DNA of 64,000 nucleotides from Candidatus Multivorans sp. (GCA_965247095.1 OZ251997.1:3008001-3072000); one strand, 5' to 3'. Positions 1-10,097 are shown, counted from the stretch's first letter. Notes: a model not told the origin generated them from the sequence alone. A program made the numbers and translations.

Positions 1-288
1 TGGGAGCACGGGCTGAGCGAACTGGGGTACGCCCTGGCGACGCGCCACCATAGCCGCGGCACGATGACCGCAGCACTGGGACAGTTGCTGCCCGAGCTTC
101 TGCTCCGCACGCCGGTGGAACGCATCGAGGCGAGGTGCGCGGTCGACAACGAAGCGTCACGGAAGGTGCTGGAGAAACTGGGGTTCGTTCACGAGGGCCT
201 GCTCCGCTCGTACTTCGTTCTGGAGGGCCGCCGCACCGACCACCACTTGTACGCCCTTCTGCGCGAGGACTACATCCCAGGCCTCTAG
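1..288 (+). CDS. RimJ/RimL-family GNAT N-acetyltransferase (5' partial)
   Basis: C-terminal motif N..SRKVLEKLGFVHEGLLR...D typical of RimJ/RimL GNATs; frame open to the window edge. Confidence 0.8.
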   Translation, partial: WEHGLSELGYALATRHHSRGTMTAALGQLLPELLLRTPVERIEARCAVDNEASRKVLEKLGFVHEGLLRSYFVLEGRRTDHHLYALLREDYIPGL

Positions 289-368
289 AGCCGCGCAGCT
301 TCCTAGGCACTCGCGGGCTGCACGCGCTACAGTTGCCAACTCTTGGATCGTCAGTTGTGGAGGTGCGA

Positions 369-875
369 ATGGTGAGCACTGGAACGAGGCGGGACGCGCG
401 GCCAAAGGCTGCCGACTCTTCGTTGGAGAACCTTGAAGCCGGAATCGCGTTGTTCTACGAGGACCGGGTCGCCGAGGCCAGGGCCAGATTCGAAGACGTG
501 GTCGCAGCCAGCGGCGAGAGCCGGTTCGTCATTCGCGCAAAGGACTATCTTGCGGCTTGCGAGCGCGCCGAAACACCGGCGTCCGGGAGCCCGGACGACG
601 CCTTCCTCGAGGCCGTGATGGCCAGGAACGACGGCGACCTGGAGCGTACTCTCGAGTTGTGCGAGGGCGGCGGGCGAGACCAGGATGAACGTTTCGTCTA
701 TCTGGCCGCCTGCGGGCGTGCCCTGATGGGAGAGCAGGAGGCCGCCCTCGACCTGTTGACGAAGGCGGTGGAACTCGATCCGAAGAACCGGGTTCGGGCT
801 TGCCACGACGTTGACTTCTCTTTGCTGGACCAAGACGAGCGCTTCCTGAAGCTCGTCTATGACCGCAGCGACTGA
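369..875 (+). CDS. TPR-repeat protein
   Basis: GGAGG upstream of ATG 369; TPR-like helices (YLAACGRALMGEQEAALDLLTKAVELDP..R..A..D.DF); overlaps the glmU start. Confidence 0.7.
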   Translation: MVSTGTRRDARPKAADSSLENLEAGIALFYEDRVAEARARFEDVVAASGESRFVIRAKDYLAACERAETPASGSPDDAFLEAVMARNDGDLERTLELCEGGGRDQDERFVYLAACGRALMGEQEAALDLLTKAVELDPKNRVRACHDVDFSLLDQDERFLKLVYDRSD

Positions 876-2244
876 CGTGGCTGACGAGGCCGGCGCGGCC
901 GTCATTCTCGCGGCCGGCGGCGGCGAGAGGATGCGCTCGGAGCGGCCGAAGGTTCTGCATCGCGTCGGCGGCCGAGCCCTCGTGGCGTGGGTTGTTGCGG
1001 CGGCGCGCGAGGTCGGCTGCGCGCCCATCCATCTGGTCGTCGGAAGTGGAGCGGAGGAGATCCGTTCGGTCCTCGAGGAAGAGGAACTGGGCGGCCGGGA
1101 CATCGTCTGGGTGGAGCAGCGGCAGCAGAAGGGCACGGGACACGCGCTGCTGATGGCGCGCGAGGCTTTGCGTGCCGACGCCGTGACCCTGGTCCTCTCC
1201 GGCGACGCGCCCCTGGTGCGGCCGGCGACTCTTCGGGAACTTCTCGGCCGCGCCCGCGACGGCTGGGGCAGCGTCGCCGTGGCCGATCTGGACGACCCGG
1301 GCAGTCTCGGCCGGGTGGTCCAGAGGAACGGGCGGTTGGAGCGGATCGTGGAAGCGGCGGACGCGGGCGAGCGGGAGCTCGCGATTCGAACGGTCAACGC
1401 CGGGCACTACGCGCTGCCCACGCCGGCGATCTTCGAGTGGCTGGAGAAGCTCGATACCGACAACGCCCAGGGCGAGTTCTACCTGACCGATGCCGTCTCC
1501 GCTGCCGCGAACGAGAACCCGGTTGCCTGCGTGAGGGTGGAGGACGCCTCGGAAGTGCTCGACGTCAACTCGCGGGCCGACCTTGCCGCCGTCCAGGGCG
1601 TCCTCTACCGGCGCAGCGTCGATGCGCTGCTCGAAGCCGGGGTCACGATCCTCGATCCGGAGAGCGTGTGGGTGGATGCCGGCGTGACCGTCGGTCCGGA
1701 CTCGGTGCTGCACCCCAACGTCACCCTGCTGGGCGCCAGCAGTGTGGGGCGCGGTTGTACCGTTCACACCGGCGCCTGGATGCGTGACAGCGTCCTCGCC
1801 GACGAAGTCGATGTCCTGCCCTACTCGGTTCTGGACGGGGCCCGCGTGGCCTCGCACTGCAGCGTCGGCCCCTTCGCCCGCCTGCGGCCGGAGGCGGTCC
1901 TGGACGAGGGCGCACGGGTCGGCAACTTCGTCGAGGTGAAGAAGTCGAGGCTGGGACCCGGCGTCAAGGCTTCCCATCTCGCCTACCTGGGCGATACGTC
2001 GGTCGGCGCGGGCGCCAACATCGGCGCCGGGGTCATCACCTGCAACTACGACGGCAAGACCAAGAACCGCACGGTGATCGGGGAGGGAGCGTTCGTCGGC
2101 AGCGACACGATCCTGATCGCGCCGGTCGAGGTCGGCGCCAGGGGCTACACGGGCGCCGGTTCGGTGATCACCCGGGATGTGCCGGAGGAGACCCTCGCCG
2201 TCGGCCGCGCGCGCCAGAAGAACATCAAGCGCCGGCCGCGGTGA
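859..2244 (+). CDS. glmU: Bifunctional UDP-GlcNAc pyrophosphorylase / glucosamine-1-P N-acetyltransferase
   Basis: ILAAG.G.RM.S..PKVLH, GTGHA, NAQGEFYLTD, hexapeptide repeats, GPFARLRP, GNFVEVKKS, HLAYLGD, TCNYDG. Confidence 0.97.
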   Translation: MTAATDVADEAGAAVILAAGGGERMRSERPKVLHRVGGRALVAWVVAAAREVGCAPIHLVVGSGAEEIRSVLEEEELGGRDIVWVEQRQQKGTGHALLMAREALRADAVTLVLSGDAPLVRPATLRELLGRARDGWGSVAVADLDDPGSLGRVVQRNGRLERIVEAADAGERELAIRTVNAGHYALPTPAIFEWLEKLDTDNAQGEFYLTDAVSAAANENPVACVRVEDASEVLDVNSRADLAAVQGVLYRRSVDALLEAGVTILDPESVWVDAGVTVGPDSVLHPNVTLLGASSVGRGCTVHTGAWMRDSVLADEVDVLPYSVLDGARVASHCSVGPFARLRPEAVLDEGARVGNFVEVKKSRLGPGVKASHLAYLGDTSVGAGANIGAGVITCNYDGKTKNRTVIGEGAFVGSDTILIAPVEVGARGYTGAGSVITRDVPEETLAVGRARQKNIKRRPR

Positions 2245-2273
2245 CCCACCGCGGCGGCAAGGGCTGAACGGGC

Positions 2274-4712
2274 ATGGCGACCCGTGACGGTGACTGCGTC
2301 GAGCAGGTGGACTTCCGCACCCTGAACCCGGAGCAGTTGGCGGCGGTCACCCACGACGGTGGGCCGCAGCTCGTGATCGCCGGCGCCGGGTCGGGCAAGA
2401 CCCGGGTCATCACCTACCGGATCGCCTGGCTGATCGCCGAGAAGGAGGTCGAGCCGTGGCGGATCGCGGCGGTGACCTTCACCAACAAGGCGGCGGACGA
2501 GATGCGCGGACGCGTCCTCGACCTGGTCGGCGGCAACGCGAACCCGGTTGGCGCGCCCCCGCGCCAACCGCGAACCGGTCCCCGCGCTCGTCAGCGGGCG
2601 CGGGGACGGAACGTCTTCGTCGGCACCTTCCACCGGTTCTGCGTGCGCCTGCTGCGCCGCTACGGGGACCGCGTCGGGCTCCAGTCCGACTTCGCGATCG
2701 TGGACGCGCCGGACCAGTTGCGGCTGATCAAGGCGGCTCTCTTGGCGGAGGACCTGGACGAGCAGACATTTCGGCCTCGCGCGGTCCAGGGCCGGATCAG
2801 CGCGGCCAAGAACCGGCTGCTGACCCCCGCCGCGTTCGAGCGCGAGGCCGAGGACTTCTTCGACCGTCATGTCGCCGCCGTCTACCGCCGCTACCAGGCT
2901 GAGCTGCGCCGGGCGGGCGGCGTCGACTTCGACGATCTGATCGCGCTCGCGGTGCGGCTGCTGCGGGACGAAGCGGAGATCGGCGCGCGCGTTCGGGGAC
3001 GCTTCCGTCACCTGCTAGTCGACGAGTTCCAGGACACCAATGCGGCCCAGCTCGAACTGATCAAGAACCTCGTTCTCGACCCCGACGGCTCGGTCTCCGG
3101 GTTGACCGCGGTCGGCGACGAGGACCAGAGCATCTACGGCTGGCGGGGTGCCGAGATCGACAACCTGCTGCGCTTCGAGCGCCACTTCCCGGGCTCCCAA
3201 GTCCGCAAGCTGGAGCGCAACTACCGCTCGACCCAGAACATCCTCGACGCCTCGGGCGCCGTGATCGCCCGCAACGAAGAGCGGCGCGGCAAGACGCTGT
3301 GGACCGATACGGGCGCGGGCGATCTGCTGCAACTCTTCTTTGCCGCCGATCACGAGGACGAGGCGCGTTGGGTGGTGCGGCAGGTCGCGGCGCTTCGCGC
3401 CGACGGCTTCGAGTTCGGCGATATGGCGGTGCTCGTGCGAACCAACGCCCAGACGCGGGCGATCGAAGACCAGATGCTGCGGAGCGAGGTTCCGTACTGC
3501 CTGGTCGCGGGCGTACGCTTCTACGAGCGTGCCGAGGTCAAGGATCTGGCCGCGTACCTTCGGGTGATCAACAACCCGCGGGACAACCTGTCTCTGCGGC
3601 GGATCCTGAACCAGCCGCGGCGGGGCATCGGCCGTAGGACCCAGGAGTTCCTGCTGGCCCGCGCGGCGAAGATGGGCCATTCCCTGTGGGACGCGATCCG
3701 ACTCGACCCGCTGCAGGAGCTGCCGTCGCGGAGCCGGCGTGCGGTGGATGACTTTCGGGGCCTGATCGAGGCGCTCCGGACGGAAGGCGAGCGCCAACCG
3801 CTGGCTGAACTGGTGCGGGGGACGATCGTCGCGGCCGGGTTCGAGGCCCTGCACGGCAAGGGCGACGAGGAGGGACGGGAGCGGCTCGACAACCTCGGCG
3901 AAATGGTCTCGTCGGCGCAGGACTTTCAGACCCGGTACGGCTGCGAAGACCTGCCCGCCAGGATCCCGACCGCCGCGGTCCCGACCCTCGGCGATCCCCT
4001 GGGTCCGGGCGCGGACCAGGGGGACCAGGGAAACCAGGGGGACGTGGAATCGCCGACCAGTCCGCTGACGAACTTCCTGGACTACGTTGCGCTCGTCAGC
4101 GACACGGACGGCCTGAACGCCGAACTCGGCGTTGGGGTCATGACCCTGCACAGCGCCAAGGGCCTCGAGTACCCGGCCGTTTTCGTCACCGGTCTCGAGG
4201 ACGGTCTGCTGCCCCACTTCCACGCCGGGGGCGGCGCGCGGGACATCGAGGAGGAGAGACGGCTGCTCTACGTCGGCATGACCCGCGCCGAACGGCGACT
4301 GTTCCTGAGCGGCTGCCGCCGCCGGATGGTCGCGGGGGTGTTCCAGGATCGGCAGCCGTCGCCCTTCCTGATCGACGTGCCGGAGGAACTTGTGGAGACC
4401 GCCCAGAGCCCGGACATCTACGCCGGGCCCCGCACCGCGGGCGTCCGCAGCTTCTTCAGCGCCGATCGGTCCGTTGGGGTCCCGTACCGCGCGGGGCCGC
4501 CCTCGGGCGCCAAGCGTCGAGCGGCGGGCGGGCCGTTCAAGCAGGCGGCCGGCGGCTTGCGGCCGGGTGCGCACGTCCGCCACGCCACCCTGGGCAAGGG
4601 CGTCGTCCTGCACCTCGACGGCCAGGGCGAGAACGCCAAGCTGACGGTCTTCTTCGACAAGGCCGGCAAACGGAAGCTGGTCCGCCGCTACGCTCCCCTG
4701 GAGGTTCTCTGA
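2274..4712 (+). CDS. pcrA: ATP-dependent DNA helicase, PcrA/UvrD family
   Basis: AGAGSGKT, TFTNKAA.EM, VDEFQDTN..Q, VGDEDQSIYGWRGA, LERNYRST, MTLHSAKGLE, EERRLLYVGMTRA and a C-terminal Tudor-like domain (V.H..LG.G.V). Confidence 0.93.
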   Translation: MATRDGDCVEQVDFRTLNPEQLAAVTHDGGPQLVIAGAGSGKTRVITYRIAWLIAEKEVEPWRIAAVTFTNKAADEMRGRVLDLVGGNANPVGAPPRQPRTGPRARQRARGRNVFVGTFHRFCVRLLRRYGDRVGLQSDFAIVDAPDQLRLIKAALLAEDLDEQTFRPRAVQGRISAAKNRLLTPAAFEREAEDFFDRHVAAVYRRYQAELRRAGGVDFDDLIALAVRLLRDEAEIGARVRGRFRHLLVDEFQDTNAAQLELIKNLVLDPDGSVSGLTAVGDEDQSIYGWRGAEIDNLLRFERHFPGSQVRKLERNYRSTQNILDASGAVIARNEERRGKTLWTDTGAGDLLQLFFAADHEDEARWVVRQVAALRADGFEFGDMAVLVRTNAQTRAIEDQMLRSEVPYCLVAGVRFYERAEVKDLAAYLRVINNPRDNLSLRRILNQPRRGIGRRTQEFLLARAAKMGHSLWDAIRLDPLQELPSRSRRAVDDFRGLIEALRTEGERQPLAELVRGTIVAAGFEALHGKGDEEGRERLDNLGEMVSSAQDFQTRYGCEDLPARIPTAAVPTLGDPLGPGADQGDQGNQGDVESPTSPLTNFLDYVALVSDTDGLNAELGVGVMTLHSAKGLEYPAVFVTGLEDGLLPHFHAGGGARDIEEERRLLYVGMTRAERRLFLSGCRRRMVAGVFQDRQPSPFLIDVPEELVETAQSPDIYAGPRTAGVRSFFSADRSVGVPYRAGPPSGAKRRAAGGPFKQAAGGLRPGAHVRHATLGKGVVLHLDGQGENAKLTVFFDKAGKRKLVRRYAPLEVL

Positions 4713-4748
4713 GGTTCCGCGTGCTGCTACACTCCGGCGCCTGCCTGT

Positions 4749-4822
4749 CGGGGCGTGGCGCAGTCTGGTAGCGCACCTGCCTTGGGCGCAGGGGGTCCTC
4801 AGTTCAAATCTGGGCGCCCCGA
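4749..4822 (+). tRNA. tRNA-Pro(TGG)
   Basis: Cloverleaf: CGGGGCG acceptor, CCTGC-CTTGGGC-GCAGG anticodon arm, GTTCAAATC T-loop; no encoded CCA. TACACT -10-like box upstream at about 4728-4733. Confidence 0.93.
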
Positions 4823-4865
4823 TATCGCTCGCATGCCCAGGCCTCGGCTACTCTGTCGCTTTCGC

Positions 4866-4942
4866 CTGCCTGTAGCTCAGATGGATAGAGCGGCGGCCTT
4901 CTAAGCCGCGGGTCGGGGGTTCGAGTCCCTCCAGGCAGGCCA
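4866..4942 (+). tRNA. tRNA-Arg(TCT)
   Basis: CTGCCTG/CAGGCAG acceptor, GCGGC-CTTCTAA-GCCGC anticodon arm, TTCGAGT T-loop, 3' CCA. Confidence 0.95.
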
Positions 4943-4972
4943 GATCGTTGAGAGTTTTCGGTCGGAATGTCT

Positions 4973-5049
4973 GGTGGGTGTAGCTCAACCGGTAGAGCAC
5001 TTGATTGTGGTTCAAGTGGTTGGGGGTTCAAGTCCCCTCACCCACCCCA
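4973..5049 (+). tRNA. tRNA-His(GTG)
   Basis: G-1 plus GTGGGTG/CACCCAC acceptor with C discriminator, CTTGA-TTGTGGT-TCAAG anticodon arm, 3' CCA. Confidence 0.95.
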
Positions 5050-5076
5050 TCCTCCTTTCCGCATCGTCCCGTTCGC

Positions 5077-5154
5077 GCGCCCGTAGCTCAGTCTGGATAG
5101 AGCGACGGCCTCCGGAGCCGTAGGTCAGGGGTTCGAATCCCTTCGGGCGCACCA
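5077..5154 (+). tRNA. tRNA-Arg(CCG)
   Basis: GCGCCCG/CGGGCGC acceptor, ACGGC-CTCCGGA-GCCGT anticodon arm, GTTCGAATC, 3' CCA. Confidence 0.95.
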
Positions 5155-5185
5155 CATTCCTGCAGTCGGAGGGCCGTGGCGGCGC

Positions 5186-6268
5186 CTACGGCGTGTCGAG
5201 CCTTGCCAGGCACGCATCCACGACCTGGTCGGCGTCCAGCCGCTCCATGCACGCGAAGTCGCCGCGGCTGCAGGTGCGCCGCCAGCATGGTTGGCATTCC
5301 AGCCGCTGGTCGAGTTGCACGGCGGTAGACCGCGGCCCGTAGGGGCCGTTGCGGGCAGGATCGGTCGGCCCGAACATGGACACGCAGGGCACGTCCAGCG
5401 CCGCCGCCAGGTGGGCCGGACCCGAATCGCAGCCCAGGAACAGGGCCGCGTGCCGCAACAGGGTCGCCAGATTCCGCAGATCGGTCGGCGGCGCGGGCAG
5501 GATAGGCCAGCCATCCCCGGCGCCGGCCACGATCTGCTGCGCCGCCCGTCGTTCCTCCTCGCCCGCCCAGACGACGACCACCGGTAAGCCGCGCTCCCGC
5601 GCAAGGCGCCGCACCGCGGCGGCAAAATGGCCCGGCGGCCAGTGCTTCGTGCGCCAGATCGTCCCGGGCGATACCACCGCATAGCCGCCGGCGCCCAGGC
5701 CGTGGCGCTCGAGGAAGGCGAGGGCCTCGGGCTCCGCGTAGTCGGGCAGCCGCCACTTCGCGACAGGGTCTTCCTTGCCGGCCAGTCCTGAGGCGCGGAC
5801 CAGCGCCAAGTTGCGGTCGACGACGTGGGCCACCGTGGGGTCGACGGCGAACCGCCGGTTCAGGAACAGGGCGTTCAGCTCCCGGCTGCCCATCGCCGGT
5901 CCACCGCGGAACCCCACTCGCTGCCGGGCGCCGCTCCACCAGGCCACCAGCCCACTCTTCGTGAGACCCTGGACATCGATCGCCGCGTCGTAGCGGCAGC
6001 TCCTGAGTTCGCGGCGAAAGCGGCCGAACGCCTCGAGCCACGCCGCAATGCCGCGAGCCCGGCGAGGGTAGACATGAAAGCGGTCGATGTCGGGGCAGTC
6101 CCGCAAGAGGGTCGCGGCAGGCTCCTGGATCGCCCAGCCGATGAACGCGTCCGGGTGCGCACGGCGAAGCGCCGCCGCCACCGGGGCCGCGTGCAGGCAG
6201 TCGCCGATTGCCGACAGCCGCACCAGGAGGACGCGAAGCTGTCGGGCAGGTTTCTGGGTGGTTGTCAT
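5186..6268 (-). CDS. LPS heptosyltransferase (GT9, WaaC/WaaF-like)
   Basis: LLVRLSAIGD, D.QGL.KS, PGT.W.TK.W, GCDSGPAHLAAAL, FGPTDP.RNGPYG. Confidence 0.9.
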   Translation of the reverse strand: MTTTQKPARQLRVLLVRLSAIGDCLHAAPVAAALRRAHPDAFIGWAIQEPAATLLRDCPDIDRFHVYPRRARGIAAWLEAFGRFRRELRSCRYDAAIDVQGLTKSGLVAWWSGARQRVGFRGGPAMGSRELNALFLNRRFAVDPTVAHVVDRNLALVRASGLAGKEDPVAKWRLPDYAEPEALAFLERHGLGAGGYAVVSPGTIWRTKHWPPGHFAAAVRRLARERGLPVVVVWAGEEERRAAQQIVAGAGDGWPILPAPPTDLRNLATLLRHAALFLGCDSGPAHLAAALDVPCVSMFGPTDPARNGPYGPRSTAVQLDQRLECQPCWRRTCSRGDFACMERLDADQVVDACLARLDTP

Positions 6269-6358
6269 TGCCGCCGCGTCGGTATCTCATCAGAGCATAA
6301 GGCCAGCGCACCGGCAGTTGGACTCCGGCATCCGCCACTGCTTGGCATACTCCGATCG

Positions 6359-6613
6359 ATGCACGACGAACCCGACGCCGATCCGACGGTGATTCGCCCA
6401 CCGGGGTTCGACCGGATCACCCTCCGGCTGCTTGTGGCGGCGCTGGTCGCCGGTGCGCTGACGGTGCCGATCGTCATGTTTTGGCGTGACTTCAGTTGGC
6501 TCATGGCGCTGTCGAGCGCCGCTGGCATCGCTTTCCTGATCTTCTTCAGCGGCCGTGCCGTGCGAGTTCTGAACTTCGAGTGGCGCCGGCCGCCCTTCGA
6601 GCGCGAAGAATGA
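6359..6613 (+). CDS. Small two-TM membrane protein
   Basis: 84-aa ORF with two hydrophobic segments; its stop overlaps the next ATG (ATGA). Confidence 0.6.
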   Translation: MHDEPDADPTVIRPPGFDRITLRLLVAALVAGALTVPIVMFWRDFSWLMALSSAAGIAFLIFFSGRAVRVLNFEWRRPPFEREE

Positions 6614-7173
6614 AGAAGGTCCGTCCCTGGCGCGTCGAAGCCGACCGCTCGGTCTTCGATCACCCGCTGCTCAAGGTCGAGACCCAGGAGCTCCGGGCCG
6701 GCGCCGACCGGCGTCAGGCGCTGGTGCTGCGGTCGGCGGACTGGGTCAACGTGATCCCCCTGATCGAACCGGAGTCGGCGGCCGAGGGCCCGACCGTCGT
6801 GTTCATTCGTCAGTGGCGGTTCGGGCGCGCGGCGGTGTCGCTGGAGATTCCGGGCGGCATCGTCGAAGCGGGCGAAGACGCTGGCGACGCCGCGGGACGG
6901 GAGTTGCACGAGGAGACCGGCTACCGGGCCGGCACGATCGAGCGCCTCGGCGTGGTCGAGCCCAACCCCGCCATCCTCGACAACGTGTGCTCGCTGTGGC
7001 TGGCTCGCGACCTGGTCCCTACCGGCGATCCGATCGGCGACGGCAGCGAGGAGCTGGAAGTCGTCCACCTGCCCTTGCGCGAGGTCCCCGAGCGGATCGC
7101 GAGCGGTGAGATCCGACACTCACTCGTCGTCACCGCCTTCTACTTCTTTGCCCGGCGCTACGGTTTCTCTTGA
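6610..7173 (+). CDS. NUDIX hydrolase (ADP-ribose pyrophosphatase-like)
   Basis: Nudix box EIPGGIVEAGEDAGDAAGRELHEETGY; RQWR upstream; PNPA downstream. Confidence 0.9.
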   Translation: MKKVRPWRVEADRSVFDHPLLKVETQELRAGADRRQALVLRSADWVNVIPLIEPESAAEGPTVVFIRQWRFGRAAVSLEIPGGIVEAGEDAGDAAGRELHEETGYRAGTIERLGVVEPNPAILDNVCSLWLARDLVPTGDPIGDGSEELEVVHLPLREVPERIASGEIRHSLVVTAFYFFARRYGFS

Positions 7174-7901
7174 GCGAACGTCGGCAACGGCCCGTCCGGG
7201 CCGCGGCGCGCCGCGGCTCCGCGCCACTTCGGGGCGTCTCCTTCGACGCCACGGGCACGCTCTTCGTCTGCCCGCGCCGCGGTGAGATCTACGCCGAAGT
7301 CCTTGCCCGGCACGGTCTGCGTCTTGCCGCGGTCGAAATCGAGGGTGGCTTCCGGACCGCCTGGAGCGAACTCGACTGCCGGCTCGGACGCGGCGAGGAC
7401 CGCTACAGCAGCCATCCGGAGGGTGCCCGTGGCTTTTGGCGCGAGCTGCTGGAGCGGTCGTGCGCGCTGCTTGGGAAGGAAGACCCCGGTCCCTTTGCGG
7501 CCGCCGAGTTGTTTGCCCGGTTCGAACGCGCAGATGCCTGGGAGCTTCGCCCCGGCACCCGCAAGGTGCTGACCGAACTGCGACGCCGGGGTTTGCGGGT
7601 CGCCGTGACCAGCAACTGGGACCGGCGGCTGCCGCGTGTGCTGGCCAACCTCGGCCTGGGCGACGACATCGATGCCGTCGTGTGTTCGGAAGACGTGGGA
7701 TCGGCGAAGCCGGCCGAGGCGATCTTCCTTGCCGCCTGCCGGGAACTCGAGCTGGAACCGGCGTCGGTGCTCCACGTCGGCGACGCCAAGATCGAGGATC
7801 GCGAGGGGGCCGAGGCGGCAGGGCTGCCGGCATTGTGGCTGAATGCCGCCGAAGGCGACATCGGGACGCTTGAAGAGGTGCTGAGCTACGTACCGCGCTA
7901 G
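7170..7901 (+). CDS. HAD-IA hydrolase (REG-2/HDHD3-like)
   Basis: FDATGTL, VTSNWD.RL, KP...IF, HVGD...D.EGA..AG motifs. Confidence 0.9.
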   Translation: MSERRQRPVRAAARRGSAPLRGVSFDATGTLFVCPRRGEIYAEVLARHGLRLAAVEIEGGFRTAWSELDCRLGRGEDRYSSHPEGARGFWRELLERSCALLGKEDPGPFAAAELFARFERADAWELRPGTRKVLTELRRRGLRVAVTSNWDRRLPRVLANLGLGDDIDAVVCSEDVGSAKPAEAIFLAACRELELEPASVLHVGDAKIEDREGAEAAGLPALWLNAAEGDIGTLEEVLSYVPR

Positions 7902-8043
7902 CGCGCTCCTGGGCACCCGGGTGGCGCGATCCGCGCCAGCCGCGAACCACTCCGGGCGCCCGTCAGCGGGCGCGCGGATAGCACGCGGGCGTCTCGCCCG
8001 CATCCGGTAGTTTCTCAGTCTGAACTTGACGGAGGAGACCTCG

Positions 8044-9462
8044 ATGTCTGTGCGCCCGCTCTCGATCTCAGGTGCCGCCATGCTGTTGGTTGTCGCGGTT
8101 GCGGCTGCTACGGGCACCGACTCCACCTTCGCATGCGATGCCAGCGACGACCCGTTCTGTGCCGGTGCGATCGTGCCCGACCTTCCACCCTGGTCCGCGG
8201 TGTCGGCATCAACCGCTGGACCGCCGGAGGCACCGCCGTGGTGCGACGGCACCTGCGTCATCGACATCGCCTTCATCTACGCAGATGACGCCATCGGTCT
8301 GACACTTGCCGACTACGGCGGGGGCGGTAGCCTACGCCGACCCTACGGTCGGCATGACACGCTTGGGGGCCTGCGGGCCACCGTTCACCACGCCGCGGAC
8401 CTGGCGACGATGGCGTTCCGGCGAGCCCATCTTGACGCCCGATTGCGGGTAGTCGGTTTCCAGCGCGACCCGGCGCTGAACGGCATGGAGATCCGCGACG
8501 CGCTCTCGTTCACTCGGACACGAGCTGTGAGCCTTCGCCGCGAGTACGGCGCCGACCTCGTCTACGCCATCGTGAGGGATCGCGCCATGGCTTGCGGAAT
8601 CGCCCACTTGCGCCGTCCTGGCGTCTCGGCGGCGTCGGCGGCGCCGTTCGCGGTCGGCGCGTTGTCGTCGCCCTGCCTTGACGAGAGACCTGTGCTCCTG
8701 GCTCACGAGGTCGGACACAACCTGGGCCTGGTCCATGACCGGGCGAGCGAGCTGCTTGGTGCCGGAGTGAATACACCGTATGTGCCGTTCGGTCATGGGT
8801 TCCAGCACTCTGCCGTCGCTGAGGCCCGCTTCGAGTCGTCGATCATGGCTGCCGAGGGGCCGAACGTCGGCGCGTGGTTCTCGACCACGGAGTTGGTTCG
8901 AGGTCTCGTACTTGGCAACGCGGAGGAGAGCAACGCGGCCCGCGCACTGCGCTACACGCTTCCCGATACCGCCGACTACGTAGCGGCGCGCTCCGAAACG
9001 GATGAGGACGGGCCGCCATACGCATGCAGGAACGGCCCAACGGCTACCTGCTTGCAGGACTGGCGCTTCCGCGTCCAGGCGAAGGCCCTCGAGAGACCGG
9101 ACTTCGCGGGGCCGCTCGATGTCCTCGGTCTCGGTGACGCCGCGGCCCTCTTCTACTTCTACTCCGCGGACAACCCGGAGCTGCTGGTCAAGGTGCTCGA
9201 CGCCTGCTCGTACAACGGCCACTGGTGGGTGTACGGCTCGGCGGGGACCGATCAGCCGTACTTCATCAGGATTCAGGACTCGGCGCCTGGTGGCGAGTCC
9301 ATCATCTACAAGCACTCGGGAGGTACGGTCACCGGGTACTTCGAGCGATACGAAGAGCCGAGCGACGAGTTTCCGGGCGGACGGATCTATGACGTGCCGA
9401 CTGGATACACGACGGCCAAGGGCGTGATTACCGACATCCAGGCGTTCCGCTGCGAGCCGTGA
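8044..9462 (+). CDS. Secreted reprolysin-like (M12/metzincin) zinc metallopeptidase with a C-terminal beta-rich domain
   Basis: Signal peptide; YGADLV; CGIA; zinc motif HEVGHNLGLVH; Met-turn-like SIMA; GGAGG RBS before ATG 8044. Confidence 0.8.
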   Translation: MSVRPLSISGAAMLLVVAVAAATGTDSTFACDASDDPFCAGAIVPDLPPWSAVSASTAGPPEAPPWCDGTCVIDIAFIYADDAIGLTLADYGGGGSLRRPYGRHDTLGGLRATVHHAADLATMAFRRAHLDARLRVVGFQRDPALNGMEIRDALSFTRTRAVSLRREYGADLVYAIVRDRAMACGIAHLRRPGVSAASAAPFAVGALSSPCLDERPVLLAHEVGHNLGLVHDRASELLGAGVNTPYVPFGHGFQHSAVAEARFESSIMAAEGPNVGAWFSTTELVRGLVLGNAEESNAARALRYTLPDTADYVAARSETDEDGPPYACRNGPTATCLQDWRFRVQAKALERPDFAGPLDVLGLGDAAALFYFYSADNPELLVKVLDACSYNGHWWVYGSAGTDQPYFIRIQDSAPGGESIIYKHSGGTVTGYFERYEEPSDEFPGGRIYDVPTGYTTAKGVITDIQAFRCEP

Positions 9463-9531
9463 CTCGGCAGTCGGTCGATCGGGTTCGAGCCGCGGTCGAC
9501 TGCTACACTGCCCCATGGCGGAGAGTGCGCA

Positions 9532-10038
9532 ATGAAGATATCGACCAAGGGCGAGTACGGTATCCGCGCCATGCTGTACGTGGCGATGCACTCGGACGCC
9601 GGTTCGGTGCCGAGCCACGAGATCGCCGTCAACCAGGGCATCCCGGAGCCGTACCTCCGCCAGATCCTGGCGGCCCTTGCCCGTTTGCAATTGGTCCGCT
9701 CGAACCGCGGTCCCCAGGGCGGCCACCTGTTGGGCCGGCCGGCCGAGCAAATCTCCATGCACGACATCCTGGTCGCGCTGGAGGGACACACGACATCGAT
9801 CGACCACATCCTGGCTCAGCCCTGCACGATCGGCGTAGGACCCAAGCACTGCGCGATCCGCGAGGTCTTCTTGAGTGTGAAGGAGGCGGTCGAGAACATC
9901 CTCTGCAACTTGAGCCTCGCCGATCTAGCCGAACGCCAGCAGGAAGTCTGCGAGTACAAGATCGAGATCCCGCACGACCTGTCGCCTGAGCGCCTCCACG
10001 GTCCGTCGGGGCGGCCGCTGCACGTGCTGGCCGACTGA
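9532..10038 (+). CDS. Rrf2-family transcriptional regulator (CymR/IscR-like)
   Basis: MKISTKGEYGIRAM, EIA..Q.IP..YL.QIL..L, V.S.RG..GG..L; C-terminal Cys residues. Confidence 0.92.
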   Translation: MKISTKGEYGIRAMLYVAMHSDAGSVPSHEIAVNQGIPEPYLRQILAALARLQLVRSNRGPQGGHLLGRPAEQISMHDILVALEGHTTSIDHILAQPCTIGVGPKHCAIREVFLSVKEAVENILCNLSLADLAERQQEVCEYKIEIPHDLSPERLHGPSGRPLHVLAD

Positions 10039-10097
10039 CGGTCGGGGTCGGGGCACCCCTGCGCCTCATCCGTCGCCGCGGCGAGCGTGCTCTCGCG

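Noticed and set aside
4012-4043. 9-bp imperfect repeats (DQGDQGNQGD) in the helicase
   Set aside because: Low-complexity in-frame linker in a variable loop; no sign of intein or mobile-element motifs.
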